From Lama guanicoe (taxonomy: Eukaryota), in NCBI GenBank assembly GCA_013239625.1, contig MU054391.1, positions 1-64,000 of the forward strand: DNA of 64,000 bases, given 5' to 3'. The position numbers and the translations under genes are program-made. Under the pieces are notes generated by a model that was not told the origin of the DNA, ran no database searches, and worked only from the letters and a program-made list of their open reading frames with translations. How positions within the stretch are numbered: the stretch's first letter is position 1; each line of letters starts with the position of its first letter. This document shows positions 62,621 through 64,000 of the stretch, piece by piece.

Positions 62621-63854
62621 CACTTCTGTGTTCTTTGATACTGCTCAAAATGATGCTTTATTTACACGTGGTGGATCTTCAAAGACTGCTGGTAGATTTA
62701 GTGGAAAACTTCTTTTTGGAGGTGAACATTAATCTCACGGCACCTTAAGTACTCACTTGGGCTCTTGTATAGAGACATTCCCAAAAATACTGTGTGACAG
62801 GGACTGGATTCCAGACAGGCACAAAGCTTGTCACCTCCAGATGATTCCAAGTCAGACACACCCATCTTTTCCTGGCTGCACCCCAGACATGCCAGGCCAT
62901 CCACATACACTTTGACTGTGAGGGTTGTTACATCAGCATGGCCTCGATGCTCCAGTAGTCGTTCAACAATTGCACCTTTGCATTCCCATGAACACTGTGG
63001 ATAAAATTCCAGGGGAGGGGGTGTCAGGCTGGCCTGCTTCTCTCAGGTTCCAAGAAGAGAAAAGCAGATTTTGAGAAGATGGATTTCCATCCTTCCTTTC
63101 CTTTGTGTAAGATAAACATTTCATTGAGCATTGACTGTGAATTAAGAACATGGAAATTCTTGAATAGCCGTGCTCACTTTTGAAAGCTATTCCTTTGCCA
63201 CTTATGTTTATTGAATCTGGGGAATGGGCTGTGGACAGGGGAGTAAAATGCTATTTATTGTACTTGAATTATATGATATTAGATTTGATCTTTTACTCTA
63301 GTTTGTAAACACATTTAGATACTCAACTATCATTTTACATATTTGTAATCCCTGCCAAATTTGCTAAGACTGTGATAACCAAGTCATTTAAAGTGAAATC
63401 CAACATGCTACTGAAAATTTTGAGTAGAAATAGGGTCAGGAAGGGTGATTATTCTAATTTTCCGTAACATTAACATGAGTCTGCAGCATTGCATTTCTTA
63501 GATTGTGTTTGTCTCCCTAATTTAATTTAAGTGAAATTAAATCAATGATGCATTTTATTTACTGTGCATAGCATTGTTTATTTTGTAGTTTAGAAATCAA
63601 ACACTGACCCTGACATTCACATCAAGCTATGTAATTCGTTTGTACAAAACCTCTCTGAACAATTCTGCTGTGCTAACAGCATCTGCCTCATGTAACCCTA
63701 GTTTTCAGAATCACATGAGTCACAGACAGTCGCCACATTTCTTATAGCAGGTGCCTGTATCTCCTAAGGCACTGTTCCTCAAACACCTGTCATTTATGTA
63801 TAATGTCACATTATTTTTTACCTCCTTAGAAAACTATCTTTGGTTACTTAACCC

Positions 63855-63951
63855 TTTTATTTTCTTTTTTTCAATGGCGGTTCTGGGGACTGAACCCAGG
63901 ACCTCTTGCATGCTAAGCATGCACTCTACCACAGAGCTATATCCACCCCCC
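63855..63951 (-). mobile_element. tRNA-Ala-derived camelid SINE (vic-1 type)
   Basis: ggggactgaacccaggacctcttgcatgctaagcatgcactctaccacagagctatatccaccccc preceded by poly-T. Confidence 0.9.
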
Positions 63952-64000
63952 AACACACTACTTAGCATTTTTCAAATGGAAATCTTGTATGGACATTTTA

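Overview
Mammalian genomic DNA, most likely camelid (alpaca/vicuna/camel): there are two tRNA-Ala-derived vic-1-type SINEs and no ruminant or pig SINEs. I recognise no intact protein-coding gene, RNA gene or CRISPR array; the ORF track is essentially noise from repeats. The window has two domains. In 1-~31 kb the DNA is dense in L1 and ERV1 and old local duplications. It holds three diverged copies of a minus-strand cassette (promoter-like module, splice donor and, in two copies, an ATG exon-like segment), a duplicated L1+MER2 block and a nested MaLR/ERV1/ERV1 stack with a decayed ~7.2 kb provirus. It also holds an inverted LTR pair, ~10 ZNF143/THAP11-like motifs with variable spacers and a degenerate interstitial telomere. 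The ~31-64 kb domain is ordinary intergenic or intronic DNA with MIR, L2, MLT and L1M relics, an orphan CpG island, microsatellites and a G-rich minisatellite. The best candidates for something undescribed are the repeated 5'-end cassettes and the ACTACA-motif array; both are inferences that need RNA and ChIP data. Repeat family names were assigned by eye from remembered consensus sequences. Boundaries are approximate unless a TSD is quoted.
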